From contig DAONFX010000001.1 in assembly GCA_035403825.1 (NCBI GenBank), positions 22,043 to 86,042 on the forward strand: a stretch of 64,000 nucleotides of DNA, in the 5' to 3' direction. Below are positions 9,675 through 18,187 of this stretch, in pieces. Every line of letters begins with the position of its first letter. Within the stretch, counting starts at the first letter, position 1. This stretch comes from Anaerolineaceae bacterium. Its GTDB lineage: Bacteria; Chloroflexota; Anaerolineae; Anaerolineales; Anaerolineaceae. A model generated the notes under the pieces. That model did not search any database. It was not told where the DNA came from and saw only the letters and a program-made list of their open reading frames with translations. Both the position numbers and the translations under genes were made by a program.

Positions 9675-10417
9675 TGGCAGAAGAACGCGTTCAGAAAATT
9701 TTGGCGGCGGCTGGTTTGGGTTCCCGCAGAGCTTGCGAGACCTTTATCGAAGCCGGGCGTGTGATGGTCAACGGCAAGGTCATCCATTTGGGCGATAAAG
9801 CTGACCCCGCGCGGGACAGCATCAGCCTGGATGGCAAACTGCTGCGCCTGAAGCAAGACAAGATATATATCGCCCTGAATAAGCCCAAGGGTTATCTCTC
9901 GGACATCGACGAAGACCACCCCAAGCCGACCGTGAACGACCTGGTCGGGCTGAAGGAGCCCTTATTCGCGGTTGGCAGGCTGGACCTGGACAGCGAGGGG
10001 TTGGTTTTGATGACCAACGACGGGGATCTGGCCAACCGGCTCACGCATCCGCGCTACAAGCACGAAAAGGAATACGAGGTATTCGTCATCAAGCAGCCGG
10101 ACGAGGAGCAGCTGGCCATCTGGCAGCGCGGCGTCGTCCTGGAGGACGGCTACCGGACCTTGCCCGCCAAGGTGGAAGTGATGAATAACGCCGGAGGTGG
10201 TACCTGGCTGCGGATTACCATGCGGGAAGGCAAAAAACGCCAAATCCGGAAGACCGGCGCTCGCATTGGGCTGCCGGTGGCCCAAATTAAACGCGTACGG
10301 ATTGGCACGCTAAAGCTGGGCTCCCTGCGTTCGGGTGAGTGGCGCTACCTCAGCCCGGCGGAAGTGAAACGCCTGCGTCAATACGCAGGTTTGGATAAAG
10401 ACGAAAAAAACTCCTGA
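9674..10417 (+). CDS. rluB: Pseudouridine synthase, RsuA/RluB family
   Basis: N-terminal S4 domain (RVQKILAAAGLGSRR) and catalytic GRLDLDSEGLVLMTNDG. Confidence 0.9.
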   Translation: MAEERVQKILAAAGLGSRRACETFIEAGRVMVNGKVIHLGDKADPARDSISLDGKLLRLKQDKIYIALNKPKGYLSDIDEDHPKPTVNDLVGLKEPLFAVGRLDLDSEGLVLMTNDGDLANRLTHPRYKHEKEYEVFVIKQPDEEQLAIWQRGVVLEDGYRTLPAKVEVMNNAGGGTWLRITMREGKKRQIRKTGARIGLPVAQIKRVRIGTLKLGSLRSGEWRYLSPAEVKRLRQYAGLDKDEKNS

Positions 10418-10433
10418 TTTCTCAGGAGTTTTT
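10404..10433. terminator. Bidirectional terminator shared by rluB and the convergent membrane-protein gene
   Basis: A7-CTCCTGA-TTTC-TCAGGAG-T5. The two stem arms contain the stop codons of both convergent genes. Confidence 0.7.
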
Positions 10434-11141
10434 CTTGGAATACTCGTCCAGCGCGCTGGTTAATCGGGCGAGCTGTTCTTCCGTCAGCGGTTTCTCGCAT
10501 TCTTCCCGGTCCACGCGGCGGATGGAGCGCTTGAGGTCTTCCAGGTTGACGACCGGAATGGGGGCTTGGCTGACTTCGCCGATGATTGTGTTTTTCATCA
10601 TGACCACCATGATGTGCCTAATCTCCGGCTGCTCTTCTTCAGGAATGCCTTTGCCAGTCAGGTAATTACGAAGAGCGGCAGTGTTGGCGCTTACTTCCTG
10701 CACAGGTCGGCCGATTCCTTCCTGACCGAAGATTTTCATCATAAAGTTACCGCCCTGCTGTTTCCATTTGCCATTTTCGTAGGAAATCTTCCCGCTGGCG
10801 TTTAAGGGAATCGGCACCCAGATGACACAAGGTCCAAGCAAAAGATACGGCACCGGGCTGGAGTAGACATAGAAGCTGTACTCATGGCGAAGTTTATCGA
10901 AAGCGTCATTGAATAACTCATCAAACCGCGGACTGCGCCCGAAGCGGGTAGAGTAGTACATGCCGACCTGGGAAAGGACGAAACCGACAATCAGGGCAAT
11001 GTAGGAATAAAGGATTTTGGTCATGTCCTTGCCGAAAGCAAACACGAGCCCGATGGCCAGTACGGCCAGGCTGGCAAACGTGGTGATTTGGCCGATGGTT
11101 TTGTTTTTCTTAATGAGTTTTTCGTTGATTATGAGTTTCAT
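10422..11141 (-). CDS. Hypothetical membrane protein
   Basis: 239 aa. Two clear N-terminal hydrophobic helices and a soluble C-terminal domain. No motif recognised with confidence. Confidence 0.6.
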   Translation of the reverse strand: MKLIINEKLIKKNKTIGQITTFASLAVLAIGLVFAFGKDMTKILYSYIALIVGFVLSQVGMYYSTRFGRSPRFDELFNDAFDKLRHEYSFYVYSSPVPYLLLGPCVIWVPIPLNASGKISYENGKWKQQGGNFMMKIFGQEGIGRPVQEVSANTAALRNYLTGKGIPEEEQPEIRHIMVVMMKNTIIGEVSQAPIPVVNLEDLKRSIRRVDREECEKPLTEEQLARLTSALDEYSKKNS

Positions 11142-12151
11142 GAGTGTGATTCTCCACTGTTATCTGATGGGATGGATTGACGCAGGGAGTCCAGCAAGCC
11201 GGATTCCACAGCGATTTTTGCCTGATTTACCGCGCTCAGCACGGCTTTGGCGTCCGAGCGGCCGTGCCCGACGAATACCAGCGCATCGATGCCCAGCAAG
11301 GGCGCGGCGCCGATTTCAGAAGGGTCTATCATTTGTTTGACGGAATTGAAAGCGGGTTTGGCCAGCGCCGCGCCGAGCTTGGTGCGGGTGCTGCGCAGCA
11401 GCTCTTCCTTGAGCGTTTCAAGAATCAGACGGGAGACCGCCTCGGTGGACTTGAGCAGGATGTTGCCGGTAAAGCCGTCCGTCACAGCCACGTCTACTTC
11501 GCCGGCAAATAATTCTTTCCCTTCGATGTTCCCGACAAATCCGGGGACTTCAGCGCGCATCAGCGGTCCGGCTGCTTTGACCAGCTCGTTCCCTTTGCCT
11601 TCCTCCTCGCCGTTTGCCAGTAAGCCCACCCGGATTTGGTCGCGCCCGAGCAGCAGACGGGCGTAAACGCTGCCCATCCGGCCAAATTGTACTAAAAATT
11701 CAGGCCGGCATTCCGCGTTGGCACCAATATCCAAAACCACACATTTTCCGTTTTTTACGGGGAATGTGGTGCACAGGCTGGGGCGGATGACACCCGGAAT
11801 AAGACCGAAGGTCTTTGTGGCAAAATACATAGCCATACCGGTGTTACCGGCGGTGACAAACGCCTGTGCCGCACCGCTGCGCACCAGATCCATCCCGACT
11901 TGCATGGTGTTATTGCGTTTGGCGCGGGCTTCGGCGATGTGGTCGCTCATCTCCAAGGCTTCAGGAGCGTGCGCGATGCGCACGTGCGTTTTATCCCCGG
12001 GCCGGGCGGCAAGTAAGGGTTTCAGGACAGCTTCGTCGCCAACCAGAATGAGGTCTACGCCGAGAGTTTCGGCGCACTGCACGGAGGCTTCCACTTCTGG
12101 CTGCGGACGTTTGTCGCTGCCCATCGCGTCCAGCACGATTGTTGTTTTCAT
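11138..12151 (-). CDS. plsX: Phosphate acyltransferase PlsX
   Basis: VLDAMGSDKRP..., FVTAGNTGA..., GANAECRPE. Typical PlsX length of 337 aa. Confidence 0.95.
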   Translation of the reverse strand: MKTTIVLDAMGSDKRPQPEVEASVQCAETLGVDLILVGDEAVLKPLLAARPGDKTHVRIAHAPEALEMSDHIAEARAKRNNTMQVGMDLVRSGAAQAFVTAGNTGMAMYFATKTFGLIPGVIRPSLCTTFPVKNGKCVVLDIGANAECRPEFLVQFGRMGSVYARLLLGRDQIRVGLLANGEEEGKGNELVKAAGPLMRAEVPGFVGNIEGKELFAGEVDVAVTDGFTGNILLKSTEAVSRLILETLKEELLRSTRTKLGAALAKPAFNSVKQMIDPSEIGAAPLLGIDALVFVGHGRSDAKAVLSAVNQAKIAVESGLLDSLRQSIPSDNSGESHS

Positions 12152-12175
12152 AGCTTTCCTCTCTAACTAAATTCC

Positions 12176-12203
12176 TTGACAATAAGTTCAGGTCAGATAT
12201 AAT
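12176..12203 (+). promoter_or_regulatory. Sigma-70-type promoter for tRNA-Leu
   Basis: TTGACA (12176-12181), 16-nt spacer, TATAAT (12198-12203), about 10 nt before the tRNA 5' end. Confidence 0.6.
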
Positions 12204-12213
12204 TTCTATCCAC

Positions 12214-12295
12214 GCGCTGGTGCTGGAATTGGCAGACAGGCATGGTTGAGGGCCATGTGGCGCAAGCCGTGGGGGTTCAAGTCCCCCCCAGCGCA
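12214..12295 (+). tRNA. tRNA-Leu (anticodon GAG)
   Basis: Manual fold gives all expected arms:
- Acceptor stem GCGCTGG/CCAGCGC.
- D stem CTG/CAG.
- Anticodon stem CATGG/CCATG with loop TTGAGGG.
- Long variable arm GGC-GCAA-GCC.
- T arm GGGGG-TTCAAGT-CCCCC.
- Discriminator base A. Confidence 0.9.
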
Positions 12296-12299
12296 CCTT

Positions 12300-12324
12300 G
12301 CAGGCAGGAATGCCTGCTTTTTTT
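12300..12324 (+). terminator. Rho-independent terminator after tRNA-Leu
   Basis: GCAGGCA-GGAA-TGCCTGC followed by T7. Confidence 0.8.
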
Positions 12325-13753
12325 ATGGAAATTCGCGGTTCAACCAAATCACCGGGTTGACCGGCGTCCCATTGATGTCAATTTCAAAATGCAGGTGCGG
12401 ACCGCTCGAGCGTCCGGTGTTGCCGATATGCGCAATAAGCTGCCCGGGCTGTACCTGGTCGCCTTCCGCTACCAGAAAATCCTGCAGGTGCATATAGATC
12501 GAAAAAACGCCCAATCCATGGTCAATCACGAGAGTGTTACCGCGCACAATTTGCTCTGGGAGAACAGCCACCACGGTGCCGGCCGCTGGGGCGAACACGT
12601 CAATACCATAACACCAACCGATATCCAGACCGGTGTGGTAGTAAATCTTGTCGGTTCCGGTGTAAGAGCGCCGGCTGCCAAAGCGCGAATTGACGCAGTC
12701 GCCGCCCTTGGTGGGGTACTGGAAGACTCCGCTCCACTGCCGGATGGGCGTGAGCACTGTGACAATCTGCTTGAAGAGGGTATCCTCTGCGGTAATGTTG
12801 TCCCCGTTGACGGTTTCAGGGTCCACCTTAAGCGTCTCATCGGTCTCGAAATTGCCCGAACCAATAATCGTCCACTGGTCAAAGCGGTAAGTCGCGCCAT
12901 CGGCATTCGTCACTTCGATGGTGAGGGGGTAGGCACCGGGCTCTTGTAAAGCGTTGATGCCGCCAAAGGCTATCTGGCTGCCGTTATCCTGGGTAAAGAA
13001 AACCGGTTGAACGCCCGCCAAATCAGCCGAAAGTGAGACTGGCTGCTCGCTTGTAAGCTCGAGGACGAAGGTGCCGCCCTGAACCAAGGGGAGATTGCCA
13101 ATTACCAGGGATGTAATGCCCGGGATAGCCAGGCTGTTTGGGTTGCTTTGCGCGGAGTGCGCGTAGTAAGCATCCTGTGGGAGCGCGGCGTTTGGCGAGC
13201 CCAGCCGGTTCAAGCGGGCAAGCGCCCATGGATTCTGACCGGCGAGAATGGAGCGTTCCATCCAGGATTGTCCTGGCAGGAGGGAGGGCATTGTTTGCAG
13301 GTCCTGCGTGGTTTCCGAGGTAGTCAGCGCAATTTTCCGACCAACAAAGAGCTCCGATTGGCTTGTGAACTTGTTCAGACGCACCAGGCTGGCGGGGTCG
13401 GACTGCGTGCGGCGGCTCAGGCTGCGCAGGCTGGCGCCAAGCGGAACGTAATCCGTGCTGAGCACGCCTTGCAGCCCTTCAAGCCCGGGGATATACAACC
13501 GGTCGCCCGGGCGCAGTGTATCCCCGATGCTGCGGTTATTCACGGCCAGGAGTTCATCAATGGTCGTGTAAAACTGGTCAGCAATGCCGTAGAGCGTGTC
13601 TCCGGACTCCACGATGTAGACCGGCAGCTGCGCGGACTGCGCTTTTACGCTGGCCGGGGCCAAAGCCGCGCAAATCATTGGTAAAATCAGCAGGAACAGA
13701 AACCGAATGCGTTGTAAAGGGAAATGTAATTTTCGTCGGGTCATATTTATCAA
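12323..13753 (-). CDS. Secreted LysM-domain M23 metallopeptidase
   Basis: Signal peptide, LysM (YIVESGDTLYGIADQF), and M23 motifs HTGLDI and GNTGRSSGPHLHFE. Confidence 0.85.
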   Translation of the reverse strand: MINMTRRKLHFPLQRIRFLFLLILPMICAALAPASVKAQSAQLPVYIVESGDTLYGIADQFYTTIDELLAVNNRSIGDTLRPGDRLYIPGLEGLQGVLSTDYVPLGASLRSLSRRTQSDPASLVRLNKFTSQSELFVGRKIALTTSETTQDLQTMPSLLPGQSWMERSILAGQNPWALARLNRLGSPNAALPQDAYYAHSAQSNPNSLAIPGITSLVIGNLPLVQGGTFVLELTSEQPVSLSADLAGVQPVFFTQDNGSQIAFGGINALQEPGAYPLTIEVTNADGATYRFDQWTIIGSGNFETDETLKVDPETVNGDNITAEDTLFKQIVTVLTPIRQWSGVFQYPTKGGDCVNSRFGSRRSYTGTDKIYYHTGLDIGWCYGIDVFAPAAGTVVAVLPEQIVRGNTLVIDHGLGVFSIYMHLQDFLVAEGDQVQPGQLIAHIGNTGRSSGPHLHFEIDINGTPVNPVIWLNREFP

Positions 13754-13801
13754 ACCCTAAGTTTACCATAGCCTTGCGCGCCGGGAAAAAGGAGAAAAGG
13801 T

Positions 13802-14563
13802 ATGAAGATTACCACCTGGAATGTGAACGGATACCGTGCTGCCCTAAGCAAGCAGGGCTTCGATTGGGTCATGGAGCATCAACCGGACGTCTTGTGCCTG
13901 CAGGAAATCAAGGTCAAGCCGGAGCAGTTGAGTGGAGAACAGCGCGAATTACAGGGCTATAAAAGCTTCTGGAACCCTGCGGATAGACCGGGCTACAGCG
14001 GCACGGCGGTGTTTTACAAAGAGCCGCCCCTGGAGATTGGCACTGGACTGGGCATAGAAGCCTTTGATACTGAGGGACGCGTGACCCGGCTGAAATATCC
14101 GGATTTTTTTCTGTACAATATTTACTTCCCCAACGGCGGGGAAGAAAACCAGCGCGTTCCTTTCAAGCTGGACTTTTACGCCCGGCTGCTGGAGGTCTGC
14201 GAGGGACACCATGAGCATGGCGAAAATGTCATCATCACCGGTGATTTCAATACCGCGCATAATGAAATTGACCTTGCCCGACCAAAGGAAAACGAAAAAA
14301 ACACCGGTTTTTTGCCTGAAGAGCGCGTGTGGATTGATAAGTTCCTGGAACACGGCTTTATCGACGTTTTCCGGGAGCTTTATCCGCTCAGAGCGGCTTA
14401 TACATGGTGGTCTTACCGCATGAACGCGCGCGTCAAGAATATCGGTTGGCGCCTGGATTATTTCCTGGTCAGCGCGCCTCTGATGACCCGGGTGCGGGAT
14501 GTTATTATCCTGGATGAGATTATGGGTTCCGATCACTGCCCGGTAACGCTGGAGCTGTGTTAA
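13802..14563 (+). CDS. xth: Exodeoxyribonuclease III
   Basis: MKITTWNVNG..., LCLQEIK, GDFN, SDHCPV. Confidence 0.95.
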   Translation: MKITTWNVNGYRAALSKQGFDWVMEHQPDVLCLQEIKVKPEQLSGEQRELQGYKSFWNPADRPGYSGTAVFYKEPPLEIGTGLGIEAFDTEGRVTRLKYPDFFLYNIYFPNGGEENQRVPFKLDFYARLLEVCEGHHEHGENVIITGDFNTAHNEIDLARPKENEKNTGFLPEERVWIDKFLEHGFIDVFRELYPLRAAYTWWSYRMNARVKNIGWRLDYFLVSAPLMTRVRDVIILDEIMGSDHCPVTLELC

Positions 14564-14571
14564 ACCCAAGA

Positions 14572-14730
14572 GGCTGGCCAAAAAGTACGGGTGATTCTTT
14601 TTGGATAGCCCAAGGCGGGAGAAAGTGCCTGGTTTAGGCGTCGTATTATCCGCGCAAAGCCGCAAAACCCCGGAAAAACAAGCACGGAGTGGGAAAACCA
14701 AAGGGGCTGCCCGATTTTTTGGACAGCCCC
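14572..14730 (-). repeat. Family-1 intergenic repeat, copy 2 (inverted orientation)
   Basis: The reverse complement aligns block by block with copy 3: GGGGCTGTCCAAAAAATCGGGCAGCCCC, TTTGGTTTTCCCACTCC, TTTGCGGCTTTGCGC, CGCCTAAACCAGGCA, TTCTCCC, and the 3' hairpin. Confidence 0.8.
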
Positions 14731-14745
14731 TGATTCCTGGTGGAT

Positions 14746-16200
14746 TTAAACTTTCGGCGCTCGCAGGATTAATTGCTTGGCAGCGCGGACTTCGTCACAG
14801 CGCCCGACGGGGGAATTGTGCGGGGCTTCGTGCAGCAATTCCGGGTTTTCGCGCGCTTCCGCGGCAATCTTCAGCATGGCGTCCGCGAAGGCGTCCAGCG
14901 TTTCGAGCGACTCGGTCTCAGTGGGCTCAATCATGAGCGCTTCGTGCACAATCAGCGGGAAGTAGTTTGTGGGCGGATGGAAGTTGTAGTCGATAAGGCG
15001 CTTGGCAATATCTATCGCGCGGATGCCGGGGGCGTCCGCCCAGTGGCCTTCCACCACAAATTCGTGCATGCAGCGGCGGTCGTATGCCAGATGGTAGGCG
15101 TCTTTCACCTTCGCAAGCAAATAATTGGCGTTCAGCACCGATTTTTCGGCGATGTTCCGCAGGCCGTTCCCGCCGTGCATAGCAATGTAGGTGTAAGCGC
15201 GGACCAACATGCCGAAATGCCCGTTGAAGGACTTAACGCGCCCGATGGATTTCGCGGGGTGCGCGTAGCCATATAAAGGCGGGAGTTCCTCGCTCCCGGG
15301 TTCCACTATCGCAACTACCGGGTCGGGCAGGTATTCTACCAACCGCTGGCAGACCGCGACCGGACCCGAGCCCGGGCCGCCGCCGCCGTGCGGGGTGGAG
15401 AAGGTTTTGTGCAGGTTCAGATGCATGATGTCGAATCCCAAATCCCCCGGGCGGACAATGCCGAGCAGGGCGTTCAGGTTTGCGCCGTCACCGTAGACCA
15501 GCCCGCCGGCAGCGTGCACCATCTCGATGACCTCGGTCACATTCTCATCAAAAAGTCCGAGGGTATTCGGGTTCGTGAGCATCAAGCCGGCCAGGCGTTC
15601 ATCGCATAAGCCTTTGAGGGCTTCCAGATCCACATTTCCGCGCGCGTCTGAAGGCAGGTTCACCACCTCAAAACCGCTCATCGCGGAGGTGGCAGGGTTG
15701 GTGCCGTGGGCTGAATCCGGAATGAGGATGCGCGTGCGCTGACTGTCACCGCGGTCGGCGTGGTACTTTTGGATGATCAGCGCTCCGGTCAGTTCGCCGT
15801 GCGCGCCGGCGGCGGGCTGCAGGGAGACGCCGGCAAAACCGACGATTTCCTTCAGCCATTCCTGCAAGGTGTACATCAGGTAGAGGTTGCCCTGCACCGT
15901 GTCTTCCGGCTGCAGCGGGTGAGTGAGCGCGAAGCCGGGCAAGCGTGAGGTAACTTCGTTAATCTTGGGGTTGTACTTCATCGTGCAGGAACCCAGCGGG
16001 TAAAACCCCAGGTCAATCGCGTAATTCTTCTGGGAGATGCGCGTAAAGTGGCGTACAGTGTCGATTTCCGCCAGCTCCGGAAGAGGGAGTTCTTTGCGGC
16101 GGAAGGCAGCCGGCAGTTCCACCTCCGGCACGTCCGAAGCCGGAAAGCGCACGCCCTGGCGGCCTGCAGAGGACAATTCAAAGATGGTAGGCTCAGTCAT
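14746..16200 (-). CDS. gcvPB: Glycine dehydrogenase (decarboxylating) subunit 2
   Basis: 484 aa. PLP-lysine context NLHKTFSTPHGGGGPG. Confidence 0.95.
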   Translation of the reverse strand: MTEPTIFELSSAGRQGVRFPASDVPEVELPAAFRRKELPLPELAEIDTVRHFTRISQKNYAIDLGFYPLGSCTMKYNPKINEVTSRLPGFALTHPLQPEDTVQGNLYLMYTLQEWLKEIVGFAGVSLQPAAGAHGELTGALIIQKYHADRGDSQRTRILIPDSAHGTNPATSAMSGFEVVNLPSDARGNVDLEALKGLCDERLAGLMLTNPNTLGLFDENVTEVIEMVHAAGGLVYGDGANLNALLGIVRPGDLGFDIMHLNLHKTFSTPHGGGGPGSGPVAVCQRLVEYLPDPVVAIVEPGSEELPPLYGYAHPAKSIGRVKSFNGHFGMLVRAYTYIAMHGGNGLRNIAEKSVLNANYLLAKVKDAYHLAYDRRCMHEFVVEGHWADAPGIRAIDIAKRLIDYNFHPPTNYFPLIVHEALMIEPTETESLETLDAFADAMLKIAAEARENPELLHEAPHNSPVGRCDEVRAAKQLILRAPKV

Positions 16201-17548
16201 GAGTCACCTCGATCAGCGCGTCGTGCAGCAGGTCAATATCTTCCTTGCCTATTTTTTCCGTGACGGCTATCAGGAGGCAGCCTTCCAGCTCGGGATAATC
16301 GCTGCCGAGGTCGTAACCGCCGAGGATGTCATAGGCGCGCAAGTCTTCGAGCAGGTGCTTCACCGGCTGCGGGCTGCGGATGACAAATTCATGGAAGAAG
16401 GGTTGGCTGGAAAACTCCTGCGTATAGCCCTGGATGGAACTGATTTGTTTTGCGGCGTAATGCGCTTTTTGGAAGCACAGGTTGCTCACGGCTTCAAAGC
16501 CCTGCTTCCCGAGCAGGCTCAGGTAAATGGTGGAAGCCAGCGCCATTAATCCCTGGTTTGTGCAGATATTCGAAGAGGCTTTCTCGCGGCGAATGTGCTG
16601 CTCGCGGGCTGTGAGCGTGAGCACGTACGCCAGCCTGCCGGCGCTGTCAACAGTTTCACCGACAAGCCGGCCGGAAATCTTGCGCAGCAGGTCGTTCGTA
16701 ACCGCGAAGATACCCAGATACGGCCCGCCGTAGGAGAGCGGAATACCGAGCGGCTGACCTTCGCCAAAGACAATATCCGCGCCGATTTCACCTGGAGGGG
16801 TGAGCACACCCAACGCGGTGGGGTTGACGGCGACCGCGACCAGCGCGCCGGCGCTGTGCGCGGCTGCGATGAGCGGCTTGTAATCTATCACGCGCCCGAA
16901 GAAATCGGGGTACTGCACCATCACCAGGGCGGTGTTGGGGTCAATCCGGGAGATGAGTTTCTCCATCGAGGCGTCGATGCCGGTTTCAGGATCGTCCCCC
17001 TGGATGCTGATCTCCTGACTGCCGCGCATATAGGTGCGCACAACTTCGCGGTACTGCGGGTTAACCGCGCGCGATATCAGGAATTTGGTGCGCTTGCCTT
17101 TGAAGTGATGGTAAGCCAGGATCACTGCTTCCGCCGCGGCAGTAGCGCCGTCGTAATGCGAAGCGTTGGCGACGTCCATGCCGGTCAGCTCGCAAATCAG
17201 ACTTTGGTACTCAAAAATTGCCTGCAGTGTGCCCTGGGAGATTTCGGGTTGGTACGGCGTGTAGGCGGTGTAAAACTCCCCGCGCCGCAGGAGCATATCC
17301 ACCGCCGCAGGCACATAATGGTCGTAGGCGCCCGCGCCGATGAAGTTCAGGAAGGTTTTGGTGCTGCCGTTCGCGTCGGCGATGCCTTCCAGCTCGTCGG
17401 CAGCTTCCATTTCGGTCAGGGAGGCGGGAAGCTTGAGCTCTGGGAAACGGAACTTTTCCGGGATCTCATTAAAGAGGTCTTCAACTTTTCCGATTCCGAT
17501 AGTCTTAAGCATCACCTCCACATCTTTTTGGGTGTGGGGCGTGAACAT
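16193..17548 (-). CDS. gcvPA: Glycine dehydrogenase (decarboxylating) subunit 1
   Basis: 451 aa. TAYTPYQPEISQGTLQ motif. Overlaps the gcvPB start. Confidence 0.95.
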   Translation of the reverse strand: MFTPHTQKDVEVMLKTIGIGKVEDLFNEIPEKFRFPELKLPASLTEMEAADELEGIADANGSTKTFLNFIGAGAYDHYVPAAVDMLLRRGEFYTAYTPYQPEISQGTLQAIFEYQSLICELTGMDVANASHYDGATAAAEAVILAYHHFKGKRTKFLISRAVNPQYREVVRTYMRGSQEISIQGDDPETGIDASMEKLISRIDPNTALVMVQYPDFFGRVIDYKPLIAAAHSAGALVAVAVNPTALGVLTPPGEIGADIVFGEGQPLGIPLSYGGPYLGIFAVTNDLLRKISGRLVGETVDSAGRLAYVLTLTAREQHIRREKASSNICTNQGLMALASTIYLSLLGKQGFEAVSNLCFQKAHYAAKQISSIQGYTQEFSSQPFFHEFVIRSPQPVKHLLEDLRAYDILGGYDLGSDYPELEGCLLIAVTEKIGKEDIDLLHDALIEVTHD

Positions 17549-17553
17549 AGGCT

Positions 17554-17937
17554 TTACCCTACCCGGTAGGCCCGATAGGCTTCGGCGCTGAGCAGCTTTT
17601 CCAGCTCAGCAGGATCGTCGACCTTAATCCGGAGCAGCCAGCCTTTCCCGTATGGGTCGTCGTTGAGGATTTCCACCTCATCGAGGATGGCTTCATTGAT
17701 CTCGGTCACCACGCCGCTCACTGGCAGCATGACCTCCGAGCTGGCTTTGGCGGAATCCACCTGACCGAGCTGCCCGCCGGCCTTCACATGATCTCCAACC
17801 TCAACCGAGAACTCGAAATAGACGATATCGCCGAGCGCATCCTGGGCGTAATCCGAAATGCCGACGGTAGCAATGCCGTTTTCAAGCTTCACCCATTCAT
17901 CTGTCTGAGCATATTTTAGTTCTTGTGGGAAGTTCAT
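17554..17937 (-). CDS. gcvH: Glycine cleavage system H protein
   Basis: 127 aa. Lipoyl-lysine context VDSAKASSEV. Confidence 0.95.
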   Translation of the reverse strand: MNFPQELKYAQTDEWVKLENGIATVGISDYAQDALGDIVYFEFSVEVGDHVKAGGQLGQVDSAKASSEVMLPVSGVVTEINEAILDEVEILNDDPYGKGWLLRIKVDDPAELEKLLSAEAYRAYRVG

Positions 17938-17944
17938 CGTTTCT

Positions 17945-18110
17945 CCTTATCAAATAGTTGCAGAGGCACAGGTTTCTTGTGCCTCTGTCGTTAACTGTTG
18001 ACTGTTACCTTCAGAGGATTAATTGGCAGGGTCTGTTTACCTGAGAGTTTCGCCCGTTTTTGCGGGTTTGCCCCTTCGGTGCCTGAAGCAGGGCTCTTCC
18101 CTGCCAATGT
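17945..18110 (-). promoter_or_regulatory. Glycine riboswitch (single aptamer seen) plus expression-platform hairpin, leader of gcvH-PA-PB
   Basis: - **Aptamer (minus strand):** TTGGCAGGGAAGAGCCCTGCTTCAGGCACCGAAGGGGCAAACCCGCAAAAACGGGCGAAACTCTCAGGTAAACAGACCCTGCCAA.
- **P1 stem:** 9 bp, pairing 18023-18031 with 18099-18107. The aptamer carries the hallmark CACCGAAGGGGCAA and ACUCUCAGG.
- **Expression platform:** the downstream hairpin CAGAGGCACA-N10-TGTGCCTCTG can compete with CCTCTG just 3' of the aptamer. Confidence 0.8.
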
Positions 18111-18119
18111 TCTGATTTA

Positions 18120-18147
18120 ATTTTAGCCGGATAAAGCCTAAAGTCAA
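18120..18147 (-). promoter_or_regulatory. Candidate promoter of the glycine riboswitch / gcv operon
   Basis: Minus strand reads TTGACT, 16 nt, TAAAAT. It ends about 13 nt before the aptamer P1. Confidence 0.5.
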
Positions 18148-18187
18148 GCGAGAGCGCTGTGCGGACGAGCAGCGGTACGCAGGCAGC

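Noticed and set aside
17945-18022. A possible second (tandem) glycine aptamer flanking the one at 18023-18107.
   Set aside because: Neither flank contains a second CACCGAAGG/GGAGAG core. The downstream segment is better explained as an expression-platform hairpin, and the upstream segment as the promoter.
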